This document shows positions 13,301 to 27,400 of a stretch of 64,000 nt of DNA, one piece after another; the stretch's first letter is position 1, and each line of letters starts with the position of its first letter. The translations under genes and the position numbers were made by a program. The stretch comes from Macrostomum hystrix (taxonomy: Eukaryota; Animalia; Platyhelminthes), in assembly GCA_950097015.1 (NCBI GenBank), contig CATNEN010000001.1:21452001-21516000 (forward strand). The letters are read 5' to 3'. The notes beneath the pieces were generated by a model. That model ran no database searches and was not told the DNA's origin. It saw only the letters and a program-made list of their open reading frames with translations.

Positions 13301-14208
13301 GGTGAGTATTACCTGCGATATGAGACGCATCCGTGTTCGTCAACCAGCCTCTGCCAGAGATTCACACTCCTAGACTGCTGCTGCTGTTGAGTATCGGAGC
13401 GATGAGAATCTTCCTCGACTGTCGACTGATGATCGCCAACTGTCGCTTCCGCATCGGTTGTTGCTGGCGCATTGGACGACGATGCGGGTGCAACTGAGGC
13501 TGCAGCGGCGGAGGAGGACAGGGGTCGCGGCGTGGTAACAGCGCTGGACACCGCGGACGCGTGACCTGGCGTGCCGGGACCTCCGCTGCCCTTCACAGAT
13601 GACGAATAGTGATGGCGCTGATGATGATTCTGCTGCTGCTGCTGATGCTGCTGCTGCATATGGTGCTGCTGGAGGGCCTGCAGCTGCTGGAACTGGTGCA
13701 GCTGGTGCAGCTGCAGCGCCTGTTGATGAGCCTGCTGTTGAGCCTGGGCCTGAGAGATTGCAGCCGCAGCCGCTAGCTGCTGAGCATAGTAGTTCTGAGC
13801 CAATAGAAACTGCTGCTGCTGCTGCTGGGCCGCCTGTTGCTGCTGCTGCTGCTGCTGAGCCAGCATGAGCTGGTGCAGAGGGTTGGTCAGCATGCCTACA
13901 CCGGCTGGGCCATAAAGTGCCGCTGCAGCTGCGGCAGCTTGGGCCTGCTGAATCATGAACTGCTGCTGCTGCTGCTGCTGCAACTGCTGCTGATGCTGCG
14001 GCAGCATAACATACTGCAGCTGGGCGGCGGTTGACACGGCTGGAATAGCAGCGGCCAACGGGTGCTGAGCCACTAGGCCGGGAATACTTGTAGCAACGCC
14101 TGGTAGCGGCAAAGCTTGCCCGCCGGCGCCAGCAGCGGAGGCGGCTGCATAGAACTGCGGCGGCAGATACTGTCCATTAGGATTCGGGCAAGCCGGCCGT
14201 AAGTTCAT
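7376..14208 (-). CDS. MBD5/MBD6-like protein with polyQ/polyA N-terminus; exons 14208-13313, 8685-8304, 7891-7376, plus candidate microexons
   Basis: A phase-2 splice (AG|GTAAT...CAG|T) gives WQRLVDEHGCVSYRSCSGELLSSADAVRGYLSRPDSCLCAL...LFNFRP, matching the MBD5/6-type MBD (WQRRVD..V.Y.SPSG.LLS....V..YL...TCKC...VFNFDP). A phase-0 splice leads to a last exon ending ...GAANSH*. The start codon is uncertain; acceptors sit just upstream of ATG 14208. Confidence 0.8.
7934..8283. repeat. 33-bp minisatellite, about 10.5 near-identical copies, filling the last intron of the MBD5/6-like gene
   Basis: Unit ATCTGAGCAGGATGGGAATCTCAGTCTGAGCAT. Confidence 0.95.
8860..9225. repeat. Degenerate 29-33-bp minisatellite
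   Basis: GTGTGACCCGATAATCCACTCACAGGTAGCTAG and CAGGGAGGTGTG variants. Confidence 0.85.
9744..9772. repeat. (CAG)n microsatellite, intronic
   Basis: About 9 AGC units. Confidence 0.8.
10690..11460. repeat. 32-bp minisatellite with higher-order A-A-B pattern
   Basis: TTTTGATCCTCAGCTCAAAGAGATTTGTCGGA alternating with a GATCCTAAGCTAAAAAATCTATGGGA variant. Confidence 0.92.
12232..12971. repeat. 28-bp minisatellite, about 26 copies
   Basis: TACCTGAACCCTGATCCCACA(T/C)(C/G)CTGAA; source of the three spurious ~250-aa ORFs. Confidence 0.95.
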
Positions 14209-15751
14209 GGCCTGCAAATCTGTTGTGAGCTTTTACAATTAAGTGATATTGTTTAGCATAGTGTTTATGTTTATGATTTTATTCCTATTTACTCTACTGT
14301 AACTCTTGGATTAAAAGCTTTTCATTTTAAATAACATATTCATAATTTTTTTTACTTTTTTTAATTCAATTAGTGGCTATATTTACAGAATATTTAGACA
14401 ATCTAATAAACAGACATTTACAAATTACATGCATATTCATAGTAGTATAAATAGTTCCTGACACCTTATTGTGTCAGTCCCTGGCACATGTTTATCTATC
14501 TCAGTATTTACACAGTACAATTGGGCCAGATGTGTAACCAGATGGTGAAAATAGTAGAGTTGAAATATTGAAAAAACAATGGATTCTAGACCTCCAAGTT
14601 GATGATGAGACCCTGAGGCACTAATTTGAATATTTACTGAATTATTTATAAAGTGATTTTAAACAGCTAATTTAATTTTGATTTGAATGAGCTAAAATTA
14701 GTTTCATATCATAGGCATTATATTTTTTTGTGTGTTTATTTAAAGATAATACATAAAACACTGAAAAACTGATTAGAGATAGCTAGATACCTCTAAGACT
14801 AAGAAACGTTAGACTAAGAAACGACTTGCGAAACTCTATATTGGTAGTCAGTGTCTCCTAGTCCTAACAAATATTGATATTGGATAAGATACTTGACACA
14901 TATCTTTACAGTGTTAAACATGGTTCATGGTGTGATGTTGTTAAATATGTTAATACTGACTCAAAACTTGCTAACTAAAACATAATGTGCTACAGAGACT
15001 AAAATATAAAAACAAGTACATTAGAGACAGCTATAAAACATTGTTTTATTTGACATCAAAAATTAATTTGAACTAAATTTTAGAGAGGCAAGAATAGGCA
15101 AGGCAAAAATATGAAACAACAGGCTTAATTGCCTATCAGAAATTATTTGTTCTTTTAGAGTTCCACTGTATTTTTTCTATATCAAAGTACAGTAAAGTAC
15201 AGTAAGTCCAATGTCTGGCAAAGCCAAGATGAGACTACAGAATGCCTAAATGACCAATGCTAGCACTAGATGAAGCATTCTGTTGAAAGCTAATGAGAGT
15301 GAAATTCAATTGAACATTTTGAGCACACAAAGCACTGACTCCAGTGCCAAATGCTCTGTCACATTTACTGATTGGCACATTAACTCAATATAAGAGCATA
15401 TCATGGCAACATCCAGTTTCACCCTTTTGTCAAGCTGCTACATACTTAGGCGCTGCTGGTTCCTATGAAAGCATAGCTGCTGCCTATTTAGCAAACTAAA
15501 TACACTGGCCCAAAAATACACTAAGCAGACAGGAAATTGTAGTGCACCACTTAGAGAAAACACTGATAACTTCCATATCATGTGACATATTTAAAAAATG
15601 CTTATTTTATTAGAAGGCTGATTAAATATAGTTTAAGACAGACAAAAGTTTTCATCTTTAAAGCAAAAAATTTGCCAAGCTATATAGCAGAAAATGTTCA
15701 TGTTTTTTTGACTTTTTTTATTTATTGACATTTTCTACAAATAAAGCAGCA

Positions 15752-16412
15752 TTTCACAAAAGGCAGGGCTTATTCCCATGGTCACATGTCGATAATTTCA
15801 ATTTTATCCACAGGGATCTGTGCTGCTAATTATCTGCTTATCCACACGGCAGCTTGTATGAATAGGTCTAAAACTCTTTAGATAAATATGCCGTGCAGTT
15901 AATTTCAATTTTATGCACACGGTTCTGTTCTATGAAACGAGGCCTTTCAGGTTTGAACATTTTGTTGAACCCTCGAGCCAATAGATCGACAAAGTTGCCA
16001 GTGTGTTACGACAGTATTCTACATTTTGACCTACACATTCACTAACCGACATTAATGTCATCCTTTTTAATTATTTTAATAACAAATTACTAAATATTTT
16101 GTCATTGTTATGTGTTTTCATTTGAATTGTATTGACTTAGAACAAAGTAAGAAGTCTATCAAAGAAAATCATACGAGTCAACCAGCAGAATTCTAGTCAA
16201 CACCAAACTCGTCAAACATACTATACATCATTGTTATTATTTTACACTATGCATTGATAGTGTACACTATACACTAGGCCTATACTCTGAAGCAAAAGCC
16301 TTATGCTCAGAGAAGAATAGGTAGGGACTTGAAAGTAAACCTATTCATACAAGCTGCCATGTGGATATTATCGGCACGGGACCATGGGAATAAGCACTTC
16401 TTTTCACTGAAA
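15752..16412. mobile_element. Foldback/MITE-like element with long imperfect terminal inverted repeats
   Basis: Left GCTTATTCCCATGGTC...TCCACACGGCAGCTTGTATGAATAGG is the near reverse complement of right CCTATTCATACAAGCTGCCATGTGGA...GACCATGGGAATAAGC; no TSD identified. Confidence 0.7.
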
Positions 16413-18499
16413 CCAAGAAAAATTTTTTTTATGCAGCACAATTTTTTAAGGTTGTGCACTGCTAAGTAACAATTTTTGTTTTTATTAAACTTTATTGAAG
16501 CACAGATCAGTAGCTAAGCCAGGTAGATTCACAAGCTTTAGCTATAATATAGAGAATTTATTCAACTTTCTAGGCCTCATAAAGCAAACATTTTGCTAAT
16601 CTGTTGTACAATATAGAAGTTTTTGGCATTCTTTTCAAATCATTTGATTAACTGTTTTTTATAAAAAAATTATTTCAAATTGATACAAAAACATTGGCAA
16701 ATTATTTTGAAGCAATTGGAAACAATGATATGATGAGCATCAAATGTCGTGTCCGAATTCTGAAGGATTGCATGTCAATATTCAGTAGGGGTAAATATAA
16801 AGAATTTTGGATCTATTATAAATGATAGGCCTAGTGCTACCAGGCAGCCTCCTGCCATGGTGTAAAGAGACTTTAAGTATGTGTTAGTTAATAATAGAAA
16901 ATTAGTAGTATGTTAGCAGAACACAGAAGATGTGCTAATTCCTCTTCCACTAACCAGCTCAATGACTCAACCCTTTTGGCCATAGAAATAGGGGTTTGGC
17001 AAGGAGCTGTCATCTCTCCAGTTGCAGTTTTTAGCTTCAGAGCTCCATGGACAAGGCCTACTTGCAATCTTGCAGCTGCAGATGAACACCCATAACCTTG
17101 TGCTAGCTACAAACTACAATGACATGAGAGGATACTAAGCCAAAGTTTTGGCGGACTAGCAAACCAACACAGCATGATTGTGCTTGTGCTGCCAGCCAGG
17201 CATTGCTTTTCTCACTTATTTAGGCCTAGTCCAATATATAAAAAAACACTTTGCAAAGTGGTAAGTTGATGATGTCAAAATTGTAGGTAGGCCTATAATG
17301 GATTCTAAGGATTCGGCTAGGGATTGAGTGATAATTTTCAGAATTATGCTCTCGACCTTGGTCAACAAGACTAGGCTAGGCAAATTTGAAACTAAAATAT
17401 GCCTATTAATATAAACTCGCTCGCACGATATAATGCAACAATGCAACAGACCTCAAAATGGCCTCATAAGAAACTAAGTAAGTAACCTCGCTGATGGGCT
17501 CAATGCCTGACGAAATTGTTTTATATAGCGTTTTATTTTTTATGACGATATTAACTGTAAGTAAGTATTGTTCTGAAAGATCAATCGTAAATTGTGTACG
17601 CCAAAAATGTAATATGTTAAAAAAAGCCGCAAACACTCTAACAAGTAAAACAAAAATGCTATGATTAAAATATGCAGTACAGGCGTTTACAAGAATAATA
17701 CTTTTTAATCCCTCCGTTGTTTTAAAAAGGTAATAAATCGTATGCTTGATTAATGCCTAATTGTTATATTGTCATAACTATCTATGCAAACGAAAATTTA
17801 ACTTTAACGTTAAACTTTTTTAATATGTCCAAAGATTTGAGCCCTTTTAACAACTTTTTTTGCTTTCATAATTAAAAATAATTTTTTTAATCAAATTTTT
17901 GTATCATTTACTGTTCAATTACTGTTAAAAATATATTATACAGATCACCTGTAAAAAGTGCAGCTATATAGGCCTTTATCTATGTAGCGCAAAAAAGTTT
18001 TACTGTGCTTTATATTTCCCTCACTTGGACATAAACCATTCGTTTTTTGCTGATCTTTAAATAAGTTACATCTAGAATGGCAATATAAATTTGTATTCAT
18101 AAATTTCATTCTATATTATATTTTCGCTTAAAAGTATTGAGCTAGTCGTTTTGCTCAATAAATAACATGTAATTTAATTTTTACCTAACTTAACCACCAA
18201 TTTACTATATTTACAAGTTGCAATGTACTTTAATCGCAGTTTATCAAACTCTTTCTTAAGCTCCTCATTGAAGTAGGCTAAATCATGTAACAGCTAAGAA
18301 AGCTAATTTGTGTGAACTTGAGAAAGTGATTTCGAATTACAATCAATTAATTTTGAGAACAATAAATATTAATTCCAGCATACAACTTTCATGGTCTAGG
18401 AACAAAGCGCAATGGATCGCAAAGGTAAAACATACTTTTTGGTCAGACATTGAAATTAAAAGAAAACGTAGCATTCAAGAATTAGTTTTACCTTTTCAG

Positions 18500-21400
18500 A
18501 GAGTGGGCATCAAGCCCTCGAAAATCTGGAGGACTTACTTATTTATGATGACATGTTTTTAGACTATTTCAACGCCTTCCTTAGTTTGCCAGTGAGTAAT
18601 GAAGAAATATTACTTTATTTATTTAATCTATTGTGGAAATAAAAGTCAGAATAAAATTTTTCATCCGAATCTACATTGGAACTCCCAAATTCCCCCCCTT
18701 GTCCAGGCATTCCCTCAGGTGCTTCAGTACCACCGACTTACTGGCACATTTCGCATAGTGGATTCTCCTGATGACTCACTGGTGGAGTGGAACAACTCGT
18801 CAGAGCCGCTCTACGGTGCGACAGACGACGAGAGAGAAACCATCATGGCCTGGGCGCAGGGAGAGCGGCTGCCACTCTTTACTAAGTGAGTAACTGCGCG
18901 TACATTTGCGTTACAAACTGTGACTCAGCTGATGTAGCTTCACAATCAAGTCCCAATTCTTTATTCTCATTGACTGGTCATTATAGAACCGAGCTCTATC
19001 GGGAGTACAAGCTCTGCAAGCTTTTACTGCGCCCTGTTGATGCCAGAAGAATAGGCGCACGTCCTGGCACCTACGTGAGAGGCTACAGCAGGACATCGGG
19101 TGAGCAAAATCTACAATTCTATTCATTTTAGCAGTAGGTGGGATCAATGCATTCGGCCAATCCAATGCCTCCAACCGCAGGCTCCATGGTCTCTCTGACC
19201 GATACCGAAGCTGCTGGCTCTTCCGATGAAGACGAAGAAGATGAAGATGAAGAAGATGATGAAGAGTTCGACGACAGCCAAGAAGAGGAAGGAGAGGAAG
19301 ACGAGAACAATGCCACTGGAAACGACGTCTCCGACTTGACTTCGTCTAGCGGCATGTCAAACCGACCGCCGACTCACGCGCGTAGCCTTCCGGACCGACT
19401 CGCCGGCAAGAGCGGTAGCAGCGGAGCGAGGCGGCGACGTCGACGGCCTCGCGACACTGAGTTCGGCGATTCAACTGTGGCTGCGGATTTCAGTGGCAGC
19501 GGCGTTGCCATCGACGCTTCGGCGACTACGCCGAGCCGAATTCATCGGAGATGGAAGCCGCCGACCAGCGATGGTCGAACCTACTCTGCGCCACATAATT
19601 ATCAGGTAAATGAACGATTACACAAATGAGAACAAGCAAAGACTGTCACGATTGCTTCCACAGTCGTAATGAAAGATTTTCTGAAAATATTTGCGGCAGG
19701 AATTCGCCATGCTGCCCATGTCATCTGACTTCGATCTTCAAGAGGCACCAGCTGTCGTGTCATTCAGCACGAGAGCCGGCGCCGGTGGCCCTGGCGACAG
19801 TGTCGACCTGAAAGGCCTGGAAGCTCGCCAGAATCTGCCATTCGACCGGCTGAAAGAACTCATGCTAGCCAATAGGCAGGGCGTGCAAGAGTTCTTTGAG
19901 TTTCTCCGACCCACAGCCGGCCTGCAGCTCGTGGACTTCTGGCTGGACTGCGAGTTCTACAAGGACACCGCGCTGGATAGAAGCGACGCAGACAATCGAC
20001 AGACTCGTGGCCGGCTGCTCCGTGATCTTCAAGACAAGTACCGGCTGCGGCTTACAGAGGAGGCTAAGGCGCAGATGCGCAATGCTGCAAACGATCCTCA
20101 GCAGGCGAACTCGATTCTGTTGCGCACACAGTACGATGTGCTGCGACGGTTGCGTTCCTATTGGCTGCCGAGGTGTGTCCTTGGAGAACAGCGTCAGATG
20201 TGCTTTTAGCCTATTGCTTTTTCTTGACGCGTCCCACTAGTTCTGCTTCCCACAATATCCGCTTTCCACAAGATCCGCTTCATAGATGTTCCGCTTCCCA
20301 CAGAATCTGCTTCACACAGATTCCACTTCACACAGATTCCACTTTCCCAAAGGTACTTTGTGGTTCAAATGAGTTCTAAACAAGTGCATCTCTCACCTGT
20401 CCAGGTACATAATTCACAAAGAGCGCGAACTAAGCGGTCACACATTCTCAGACCTGCAGCAGGCCTGGTTGTCGAATGCAACCCGTCGCACATCCGCCGT
20501 GTCGACAATCTTTCCGTCCCTCTCGCTGGTCAACTCGATGCCAGTCCGACCAGATGTGGCTCACAATTTGGCCATCACGGAGTCGTGGGATCGGGTGCGC
20601 GCTGGCGGCCGCAGGCTGGACGATCGGGTCAGGTCGGCCCGAGGTCAGCCGCTGCCGACTGCCGTCGCATCGAAGCCTGTGTCCGCCTCGAGACCTTTCC
20701 AGGCCCGTCTGCGCGACGCCCTGACGGTGGATCGCATCGCTGGCGGTCCGTTTCGAAGCTTCTTGGAGTTGCGGCATCGCGACCCGGAGCTTCTGGCTTG
20801 CCTGATGTTCTTTCAAGAGGTTTGTATTACCAGCAGGACCTTTTACTGCACTTCCTGTAAAATTGAATGCAGAAAAATCCTTCCATGCTTACCGGGGGGT
20901 GATTGGCAGAGTGGGTCTAACGCGTCTGCCTCTCGCACCAAGGTCCCTATGTTCGTCTCCGCGGCGAGGCCACTTTCATTTGGGGCATAGCCGCGGAGAG
21001 AAGGCTTGTGGGCTTGTCGTGCAATTTACGCCCTTCAGGGCCAACCGATGAGAAAGTCAGGGCAGATGTACTCACTGCTCTTTTAAGTGTGTGCCTTTGT
21101 ATGGTATCCGTGTGCGTTTGTGCTCAGGAGTCAGTGAAATGGGCAGAACTGCCTCCTCGCTGGCCGCGGTTCTAGTGCCACCAAAGATGTGCCATTGCCG
21201 GCAGCCCCTCCTGCAATTATTTTTATTATTACTATCAAAGTATTGAAAAAAATGTGTCAAATTACCGGCATTGCGTCATCCTCGGGAAGCATTTCGTTGA
21301 TGTGGGGCAGAAATTATTATTCCCATTATTCCATTATTCCATTATTATAACCACTATTAGTAGAAGTACGTTGTACTCATGATGTGTAGAAAGTATTCGA

Positions 21401-24400
21401 ATACTAGTTTTGCTGAACAATACATCGAGTAGATGGCTATAGTATGTTGTGTATATATTTTAATTGAGTCCTGTAAATGTTTGGGATGTTGCTTTAGTCA
21501 TTTCTCTATTAATCTGTGTAATTAATGTTGAGCAAAGTTGGTGCTAAAACTTTCAAAGGTGGAGGAGTACTCAAGACGAGACGAGCGCACCTCTGATCGT
21601 TTCCTTCGCCTTGGCCACGCGTGGAACATCTTCAATCGCTATCTGAATGTGAACGCCACGCAGCCAGTGAAGGTCGACAAGCGCGAGAGCCAAGCGGTTC
21701 TGGAGGTGCTGCGTCGCTCGAAGGACATTGTGCCGTCTAAGGTGTTCGCCAAGGCGCAGGATTCGGTAGTGTCTCGCATGGGCGACACCTGGCTGCGCTT
21801 CCTCAAGGAGGATGTGAAGAACTTCCTCGAGTAAGTTTTAGCGGCCTTAACTGATGCAGCTGACTTGATTCAATAAACGATTCGAATAGAAGCATTTGCA
21901 CTGGATTATAATGCCTGCCACCGCAGATCCTCTGTTTCGCATCGCGATTCAGACAGTCCGCCGCGCACCTCCGACGAGATCCAGGTGTACATTGAGAATG
22001 GCAAGATCATTGTCAAGCGTCTGCAGCCGGAGAGGTATGTACTTTTAGCTATATTTTTAAAGTGCAGTTGTTATTTAAAATAGCAAACTTTTCTATTCTA
22101 CTTTGCTTACTGAAATGCTGTACAATCGAGTGTACAAGTGTATGATTTATCAGTAACAATATAAACACTACGCTATTTTTCGCCTGGGGAAAGACCCCAA
22201 TGGTATTTTTGGGAGATACAGAAAACGGTGGGTATTCTAAATACCCCCGTAGAAGAATCTAAAAATTCACCTTTGCTTATTATTATTTTTTACAGTTGCT
22301 TGCTGGCTACCATCGTTTACAATTAAAAATCGAATGCAATCAAACTTTTTCTGTTTGAATGTGAATATTTGCACAGGTGTCGTCGATTTAACAAAATTGG
22401 TCAACAGTTTAAGATCCAAAAAACTTTAATCAGAAGTCAAGAAATCCCAAACCGATTTAGACCCTTCACTTGCCTTTAATAGTGCTATGCTAATATCATG
22501 CTCATGAGGTGTCATGGCCTTTCCTTTTCTATGCTTTCTGTGAGGAAAATTCGGAAAAAAGTTTTTGTTATGTCCCCCTGCACCATTTTATGGACCTACG
22601 AGTAGGAATGCATTAATTATTCACAAAAACTTCAAGACAATGATTTACTGAAGGTAATTGAAAAATCAACTGCAACACTTGCTCGTCTCTTGTTCAGTCC
22701 TTTGCTTGTTGTGTTGTCCTAAATTTAACAATCATGTAGTCAGTCACAAAGTCACATTCTATGACTTTGGTCCACTCTAGCCCATAGACATCTGAAGCGC
22801 ACAAAAATAATTTAGTCAGAGCGTGCAGCAATACATAATTGGTGCTCGCTCCATATGTCTATGGCCCAAAGCTATGGCCCGACGCAAGTCGTGACCATAC
22901 ACATCCAAGACGTGCAGCAATAGGATTTATTGGTAGACCCCAAGATATCACTGGAAAACGATACGAGTACAATGGCGCAAACTAGTGAAGCTACAAGTTT
23001 CGATCTTTCGAGCTTTCAGATCAGTGACAACAGGGGCTGCGAGTTCCGCTGAACCTTAAGCACCTTAAACTCACACAGGAGTGTATATCTGATTGTCAGT
23101 CAGTTTTCATCCTCACTGTGGTCTTTGGGGTCGGTCCTAGGAGCGTGAGCTACACAATCCCCCAAGCCTACTCTTGGAATTGAGCTCTGGGATATTAGTG
23201 CAAGAGTGGGACTTTATAATCCCGAAATATTGAATTGAACGCAAAACTTGACGTACAAGATTTTTAATTCAACTTTACAGCTGAATGTCATTTCGAATAT
23301 TTAGAGAAACGCAGTGGTTTTAATTGTTGTATTTTGTGCTGGATTAAAATTTCGTTCTACCTGCATGCAGTTAACATCAGCAGCTAAGCTCATCGTAGTC
23401 AGCTCGAATGCATTCACAATTCATGAGGTTCGCAAGAAATCAAAATTGACATGCTCCCAACAAATTTCGACTTGTCAAAAAAACATCAGACACCAGCAAA
23501 AGTCAGGCAGTCGACGAACAAACAACAGCAGCAGCAGCAGAAGGTCGGCTGGAGGAAGGTCGTCGCGGAATTCACTGCCAAGGAGCGCATTTTCGCCGGG
23601 AGCTGCGGCTGCTGAGCACTGCTCCAGCCCAAGCGCTCGCGGGTATTTATTCGAAAATCAATTCTAGCACTCGCGTTTTAGCACCCTTTAAAAACCACGA
23701 AAAAGTTTTTTCACCGTTATAGTATCCTGTTTGTTGACCAAATTAATTTGCATTTTTGGTGTTTGAGGGTATTTTCACCTCGGGCACGTATTTTAATTGT
23801 CACCTGTGTTCGCTCTGATGCGTCTCTTGAAAGTAAAAAAGTTTACTCGATTGGGAAAAATGCAACAGCGACACTTTTTATCGATTTGAAAACTATTTCC
23901 TTTTGTTTTAATTGACGTTTATCGACGTCGTTCGTTTATTTTGCACAATGGCCCCCTTTTATCGAGTTTAAATTTGTAAAAAAATATTTAAAAAGATACA
24001 CATCAAACAGACTTGGATATAAATTGTAGATATCTATTAAATGAATATGTTGTGTACTTACACAGCTCTTCGAAACATTAAGTCTGTCCATTATGGGGAG
24101 TAGATTGGGTCTATTATGTGTTAATAGTACTAATGTTCAATGTTGAGTACAAGTTGGACTATACTTTCTAATTATTAATAAACTATACTAAGCATCGCTA
24201 CTAGATTATTCTTATCGACTGTCTCAAAACCTAAAAGTATGGTATTCAAACACACACAAACGGCACAACATTCAGTGTCAGTCAGTTTTCGTTACAAAAT
24301 TTAAGCGCACGCACAGATCAACTGATAGTGAACAAGGAAGAAAGAAAAGGGAGGGAGATGGAGGGAAGAGAGGAGATTTAATCATTAGCAGAGATTAGGA

Positions 24401-27400
24401 AGTAAAACAAATCCGCCCACTGGAAAATTGTGGGAGATTGTGGGAAAAATTCAGATGAAAAACAGCAGAAGGCTCATTTCCTTGCCACCACCGCCCCACC
24501 TGGCAGGTCGCAGGCTCAGCTGCAGCTGCAGCGCCGTCGCAGCTGGGATTTCCTCACCGACGAAGAGAAGGCCGAGCGCCGGCGGGCTGCCGCCGAGAGG
24601 CGCCGAGTCACCGAACTGGAGCGGAAGAAGGCGCTCAAGGCCGCCAGGAAACGGCTCAGAGAGATGGAGGAGGCTGGCCGGAAGGTGAGAGAGCTGGCGC
24701 TGCTGTGGGATGTGGGAAAACCTTTGAGAAAAATTGAAAACAAGCAATCTCAATTACGCTATGATTTTGATCTGAATCTTTGACTTGCTTGGCTCACTAT
24801 CATTCAAGCTCTCTCTCTTCTCTCCCTCTCACTCTCCGTCTTACCCTCCCAACCTCCCATTCTCAATAATAAATTACACTTGCAGGAGGGCTACAGGCAA
24901 TGGCACATCATTTGGTGACACTAGACCCGCAGCCAGCGAGGAGGCAATTCTGCCCATTCCGCTGACTCCTGAGCACACACTTACCGTACGCAGGCACTGG
25001 CTCACACAGGTGTGTGCATCTGCCCTGACTTTCTGATCTGCCCAGAGCTTGAGCCCCAAGCCTTCTCTCCGCGGCTGCGCCCCAATGAATAAGGCCTCGC
25101 TGCGGAATCGAGCTCAGGGACCTTGTAACCGCTCTGCGATTGACCCCGTTCCCCTTTCCCCTTCCCCTCTGACCCTCCCTTCCTGTCTTTGTCACCACTC
25201 TCGCTGACTCTTATCCTTGAATTATTTTTCTATTCCATTCTATCTCCGCCATCAAACAGCCTGCGTACAATAACTATCGCATAGCATTGTAACTGTAAGC
25301 GAAACTCCATCTTACATTTGCCACTGACTTCCCATGAACCCAGTTTGCTTTTCTGTGGTTCAAAAGTCAGGGACAGGTATGCGAGGCGTTTTTGGTCTTT
25401 GTTTATAGAAAACTCCACAGAGTTCAAAGGGTTTTGAAGCACATTGAGAACCCCATACTAATAGCACGGTGTTCTTGCAAGCTTTCTTAAACACCTTTGT
25501 CGCAATTCTGTCGGCCACAAATTTGAATCGACTTAATTCATCAGCACGTACTTTTTTCTCTCCGCCCAAGAAAAAGCAGCAAATTAGTTTACTAAACTGC
25601 TTGCAAATCTGGCACATGCCCCATTGCACAATGACCTAAATACCGATCACTGCCTGCAGGCCAGTGGCAATCAAATATTACTAAGCGACAGCGGAATAGC
25701 TGACACCGCGCCTGTCAGCCCGGTTTCGCATCGGAAGGTAAAAATAGAAAAACGAATTAGTCAAATACCAAAATCCACCAATTCAAATTAGAACTAAAAT
25801 TTCGTTTTTTTGCAAGCAAACTTATTTGATTAATTTAATTTTCAACACGAAGTTGTTTAAATAGAACGCTTGAAACTTGATTGACCGAATAACCAAACTC
25901 TTGTCGCCCAATCAAGTTTTGAAGGCTGATATATGAAAACAATTTTGAAAACAACTTTATTTCTTCGCCCGCATGTGTGTTTCGCAACCAAAAAAATTGT
26001 TTCGATATTTTTGTTGTTTTTGTGGTTCAGTGAAATATTGTTCAGCTTTTGGCTTTACCTACCTGTAGAATACCAGAATGCTTTTTTTGTTTTTTTACAG
26101 TAAATATGAAATGATCGAAGCAACTTTGATTCTCGTTATTAATTCCGATTTCCTGTAGTGATGGGCACAATTTGTTGTCTGCTTTTGCTTAAAGCGAAAT
26201 CTCGACAGGTGAGAAAACTATCTATCTGAGTACTAACTACACGGAGCCGATCAGAAAATTGATCGATAAATCAATGAACCAATCATCACTTTGATTAAAT
26301 TATAACCTATTTTCTGTAACTCATTTAATTCACTATTTGGCGGTGTATCTGAGAGTCGGATAGGTACATATCGTCAATTATTATTTCGCAAGTCTATGGT
26401 AAAAAGGCAGTGCACAGAACTACTATAGAACTACTGTAACCTGCAAAATAGGCAAATGAAAAATAGAATGTTTTTAAGAGGCTGTGGGCACCAACCTCGC
26501 TAGGGACCTTGGTGAGTCAATATAATTTAGCAGGTTAAATTTAATTAGCTACCATTATATTTTCAGGTAAAAATTTAATCTTTAGACACTCGTTTTTCTA
26601 AACACAGGTCTCTGCTTTTATGTATCTTCTATCTTTGTTAAAATCAAACATGAGTATTTTACCGTAAAAAATAACAAAAGCTTGTAAGCGAATGTAAGAC
26701 ACTTATATTTTTCTGCAGAAGAACACACTGAAGCCATTGGATGAGGAGGTAAAACAATCATCGCGTGATGTGTGACTAAACATCATTCGAGAGCCTAATG
26801 AAAATTCGTTATTAATTTTTTAGTTAGTCGAGAATTTTAACAAATCAATATATTTCACAGATTTTTCATTGACTAATTGGTAACTGCCAGTGATTAGCCT
26901 TGAGTTTTAGCAAACCAGTTCAAACCATTTAGAAGCAAAAGTTTAACAAATTATAGTTCTACTTTGTCATGACAACAAGCCGGTAGCTGTCCCGATCGGC
27001 CATACCTGTATTCCCATGTGCTTTAATATTTAATCATGCTATAGACACTAGCACAATGTGATTTGTTAAGGCACATATGAGCTCATTAATAGTTAATTAA
27101 GCCGATTAAGTAATGGTACAGAGAAGGTACACAAGGTCACGCAAGGTATGCTAAGCTGTTTTTTATTGAAACGTTAGTTTAACTACTGTCAAAGCTAGAC
27201 TCAAATTTATTCTCAATGGTCAGCTCACAGTAATTAGCATACGCTGAGACAAACCACTTGAGTATTTCAGAAATAAGTCCATTAGTTTTTATTTTATAGT
27301 TGATTTATAGCTCACCGCTGCAGGTGTACTTCCAGGTGTACTTAAAGATGACTGGCTCATTTCTATGAGGTCATAAATATGCTAGTCCTTTAACATATGT

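Noticed and set aside
19100-19131. 32-nt intron in the RGS22-like gene
   Set aside because: Using this acceptor frameshifts to a stop; the CAG at 19178-19180 keeps the frame
26195-26208. 14-nt microexon candidate (also 16 nt at 42391-42406, 67 nt at 41451-41517, and 7-8-nt candidates in the EPC intron)
   Set aside because: Not frame-compatible with neighbouring exons; such motifs arise by chance in AT-rich introns
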